Source: Octopus sinensis
Lineage: Eukaryota
Assembly (NCBI RefSeq): GCF_006345805.1
Contig: NW_021836452.1
Location: forward strand, 1-24,656
DNA length: 24,656 nucleotides
Direction: 5' to 3'
The translations under genes were made by a program, and so were the position numbers. Positions 21,324 through 24,656 of this stretch are shown piece by piece; within the stretch, counting starts at the first letter, position 1; every line of letters begins with the position of its first letter. A model generated the notes under the pieces. That model was not told the DNA's origin and did no database searches. It saw nothing but the letters and a program-made list of their open reading frames with translations.

Positions 21324-22590
21324 CAGGAGTTGGACAAAATAATGGAAACACCTAGCATCATAGCATCATAATTTTGGGAAAAAAAAACTATAAAACCGTC
21401 AAAAGTTTGTTTATTTCTATGGTTTTTGATTTGTTATTAGTGTTGCTTAATGTGTTTTGCTACAATTGCAGCTCCTTTTCAGATATTATCAGAAAAAGGT
21501 AATTAAAATTCATTAAAATGACAAATCTATCGGACTTTTAAAGATGTCAAATTGTTGGTGCTCGAATGGCAGGCGCTAGCGTAACAAAATACAGCCAAAA
21601 TATTTGGTGTATCAAGAAGTATTGTCTCGAAAGTAATGACAGCCTTTGAGTAAGAGGGAAAAACCTCCTCGTCGAAACAAAACTCCGGAAGAAAACCAGA
21701 ACTTTCAGATAGGGACCGTGGGATTCTTACGCGAATTGTTAGAAAGGATCACAAACTTACAGCTCTCAAAATTACTGCAGAGATTAATGACGACCTCGAA
21801 AAGCTAGTTTCCATAAAAACTGTTCGCCAGGAGCTGCACTACGCTGGATTTCACGGGATGGCTGCAATCAGAAAACCACTACTTTCAAAAACTGAACTGG
21901 TCCCTAGAGCAGTAGAAGAATGTTATTTTCTCGTACGAGTCAACCTTTACCTTATTTCCGACCACCGGTCGAGTATACGTGTGGAGACAGCCAAAAGAAG
22001 CATTTGACCCAAACTGCCTTCTTCCAACTGTTAGACATGGAGGAGGATCTGTGATGATGTGGGTGAGGGGTTATATCTTGGAAACGCCGGCCCAATAGTT
22101 TCCCTTCATGGCAGAATTAATAGTCAACACTGTTTAAGCACTTTATCTGATCAAATTCATTCTATGGTTGCGGAACTGTTTACGAAGGGAAGCACAATCT
22201 TTCAGGGCGATAATATATCAATTCACACAGCTAAAGTTGTTACTGAATGGCAAGAGGAACATTCTAGTGAAGTTGAACATCTTATCTGGCCACCACAGCC
22301 CACAGATCTCAATATTATTTAACATTTATAACATCTATAATGGATTTTAGAAGAACAAATAAGGAGTCGATATCCTCCTCCACCATCATCATTACAAAAA
22401 CTGAAAACTGTTTTAGCTGAAGAATGGAGATAAATGTCTTTGGAACAAATTCAAACTTTGTACGAGTGCATACCTCTTAGAATCCAAGCTGTGATTACTG
22501 CCAAAGATGGTCCTACCCCGTATCAAAATAAAGTTGTTTGAAATATTAAGGTGTTTCCATTTTAAGGTGTTTTAAGGTGTTTCCAACTTC

Positions 22591-22592
<2 letters not shown>
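21324..22592 (+). mobile_element. Tc1-type DNA transposon (DD36E/Incomer-type spacing), about 1.27 kb, non-autonomous
   Basis: TA-caggagttggacaaaataatggaaacacct left TIR; scrambled right TIR aggtgtttccatttt...tccaacttc followed by TA repeats; decayed transposase inside. Confidence 0.88.
21518..22540 (+). pseudogene. Tc1-family transposase pseudogene
   Basis: MTNLSDF*RCQIVGARMAGASVTK...SGRKP...AAIRKPLLSK...VIFSYES...PTVRHGGGSVMMW...IFQGDN...WPPQPTDLNII*. Several stops and frameshifts; first catalytic D changed to Y, catalytic E changed to a stop. Confidence 0.92.
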
Positions 22593-22625
<33 letters not shown>

Positions 22626-22855
22626 ATATGTATGTGTGTATGTTCTTTGTGTCTGTGTTTGCCCCATCCCCACGCTTGACAACCGGTGTTAGTGTATTTA
22701 CGTCCCTGAAAATTATACACTCGGCAAAGATGACCGATAGAATAAGTACGAGGTTTTTAAAAAATGTGTTGTGGTAGACTCATATGACAAAAGATTCTTC
22801 AAGGCGGTGCTCCAGCATGGCCACAGTCTACAGGCTGAAATAAGTACAAGAGAAA
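22593..22855 (+). mobile_element. SINE family B internal microsatellite and 3' half (continuation of 21170-21323)
   Basis: (TA)n, gtgtctgtgtttgcccc...cgcttgacaaccgg...accgatagaataagtac...ggcggtgctccagcatggccacagtc. Confidence 0.8.
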
Positions 22856-23026
22856 ACCCTTTCAATTGAAGCATTTTCTGGGGCCACAGACAAAGACAGA
22901 CTTTTGGATTTCACTTTTGTTATGTTGCAGATGTTTTCACACAAAACCTATCGCAGGATTTGCCAACAACATTTTCTATAATTTCCAAATCGTACATTAA
23001 CACAAATTGCGAGAAATCTTTGTTAG

Positions 23027-23150
23027 ATATGTATGTATGTATGTATGCATGTATGTATGTATGTATGTATGCATGCATGTATGTATGCATGTATGTATGT
23101 ATGTATGTATGCATGCATGTATGTATGTGTGTATGTATGTACGTACGTAT
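23027..23150. repeat. (TATG)n microsatellite
   Basis: tatg/catg run. Confidence 0.95.
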
Positions 23151-23369
23151 ACTCGTGTTGCTTCTTTCCTTATCTGCCACTCGAAAAGCGGGTATGATTT
23201 GCTAGGTTTTGCTAATTGTCTTAGGGATCTACGTAGCCCCGAACTGACACAGATATCACTTCTATCGTCTCGGGCCATGCATCTTCGACCAAGACGGTCA
23301 TTGAAGAGAGAAATTAACAGCTGGAGAGAAAACTAAAGCAGCACTGACAGTACGAGAGTACATATTTTC

Positions 23370-23478
23370 AAGTGGGTAGGCCGAAGCAACATGATGTGAA
23401 GTGCCCTGCTTATGGACACAACGTGCTGCCCTCTCAAAGATTTGAACCAAACACCCTAACCAGTAATCCACATGCTTG
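23370..23478 (-). mobile_element. Decayed tRNA/CORE-type SINE 5' part (related to 462-801)
   Basis: gcaacatgatgtgaagtgccctgcttatggacacaacg aligns to the reverse complement of cgtgttgtgttcttgagcaagaccctttatttcacgttgc. Confidence 0.5.
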
Positions 23479-23497
23479 ATATATATATATATATATA

Positions 23498-23655
23498 AAA
23501 TATTATTAGAGACAAAACCACTATTTTGCAAAACAAACAAGGAAAGACTTAATCAATACATAAAATTTTAATAAATAGTCAAAAAAACCGCCACTACAAT
23601 TGTTTCTTGTCTTGATCGACAATCTTCAGGTGGACTTCCAATAAGTCAGTTTCAA
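23498..23655 (-). mobile_element. Family H1 hammerhead element, copy b
   Basis: Homologous to 11149-11309; 3' end abuts (TA)n 23479-23496. Confidence 0.8.
23585..23652 (-). ncRNA. Type I hammerhead ribozyme
   Basis: Minus strand: CCAC CTGAAGA TTGTC-GATCAA-GACAA GAAA CAATTG TA GTGG; distal stem I AAACTG/CGGTTT; predicted cleavage after the A at 23595. Confidence 0.87.
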
Positions 23656-24329
23656 ATTTGAAAACTTGTTAACTCGATTGTGCAAAATTCTTTTAGATGC
23701 CCACACTGGAAACGGCACACATTTCTTTCATTCCAATGAAGTCTAAGATAGTTAACCCTTTGATTTCCTAAGAAAAGAAAAAAATTTTGAATTAAATTTG
23801 TAAGGGGAAATCACTCCCCTGTTAGTGTAAGAACTGCTACTTATCTAGAACTGCTGTCAGGGATGTCACTGTATCCTGCCATTGTTGACACCCCATCTCT
23901 CTATCAACTGGTTACAGACGAACACACAGACACAGTCTTTTCTGTGGCTTGACCATTAATATCTGCTATATCTCTCTCTCTTGAAGCCTTCTAAACACAC
24001 TGCAACACATACATAGACGCACGCACACATACATGTAAGCAATTTCTCACACCCAAACACTATAGCACTCATTCTTAAAACAATTCGAATATTAACACCA
24101 GTCATACAGAATACATTCACACTCTTTGATTTTCCTGTAAACCCCCCCCCCTGTTAACCGGATTTTGACCTTGAATTATCTCAACGGACTTTTTCGTCGG
24201 CTTTCACCTAGCCTGGCGTCAACGCATATTGATAGACAGTTTTGTGCCATTTATCCCATGGGCTCCTCGTGAGCGTTTGTCGAAAAGCTTGCTGTGCATT
24301 TTGTTGGAGAATTAAGTTCCTGGATTTCC

Positions 24330-24450
24330 CTGCAAAATGGACTCCTTATTCAATCCGAATTAGGGACTTTGCAGCCTTTGAAACATATGTAGAAAATAAT
24401 AAAAAGGAATTTTGTTAAATCTTCGTTCAGCTCCATTTCTTCCTACACTA
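24330..24450 (+). mobile_element. Family H3-related PLE terminal fragment with the 3' half of an HHR
   Basis: gaaacatatgta...aaaggaattttgttaa.atcttcgttc..ctccatt matches 9420-9478 (-); ends at (TAAA)n. Confidence 0.6.
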
Positions 24451-24656
24451 AATAAATAAATAAATAAATAAATAAACAAATAAATAAATATATAAAACTT
24501 CAAATTTCGGCACTAAGGCACGGGTTTGAGACCCCATGGTCGTAACCTCAACCGTGATTTTCTGTGTGATTTTTGCTACCCAGGAATCGGTTATCATTTG
24601 AATAATCGTAATAATATAATTCATTTATCTACTTCAATAATATATATATATATATA

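Overview
AT-rich eukaryotic DNA dominated by repeats, with no recognisable host protein-coding exon. The SINE families and (TA)n/(GATA)n density look like an octopod cephalopod (Octopus) genome; this is recognition from memory, not a search. Most listed ORFs are microsatellite artefacts. The window holds many tRNA-derived SINEs (monomers, dimers, a trimer), three RTE LINE remnants (one with three C2H2 fingers), mariner MITEs and fragments, and a decayed 1.27-kb Tc1-type transposon with DD36E (Incomer-type) spacing nested inside a SINE. It also holds a 5'-truncated Penelope-like element (PLE) with an inverted terminal repeat. The main signal is a cluster of hammerhead-ribozyme (HHR) motifs: two near-canonical type I HHRs with a compensatory stem II change (11151-11223 +, 23585-23652 -), three copies of a minimal HHR-like motif with a shared A6U core variant, and a long-stem-II HHR in the PLE terminal repeat with a partial relative at 24.3 kb. 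Nearly all sit in short non-coding elements whose 3' ends abut (TA)n tracts. I infer a family of TA-microsatellite-docking, ribozyme-bearing PLE derivatives. HHRs in PLEs and retrozymes are known in general; whether these particular families are described needs a database check.
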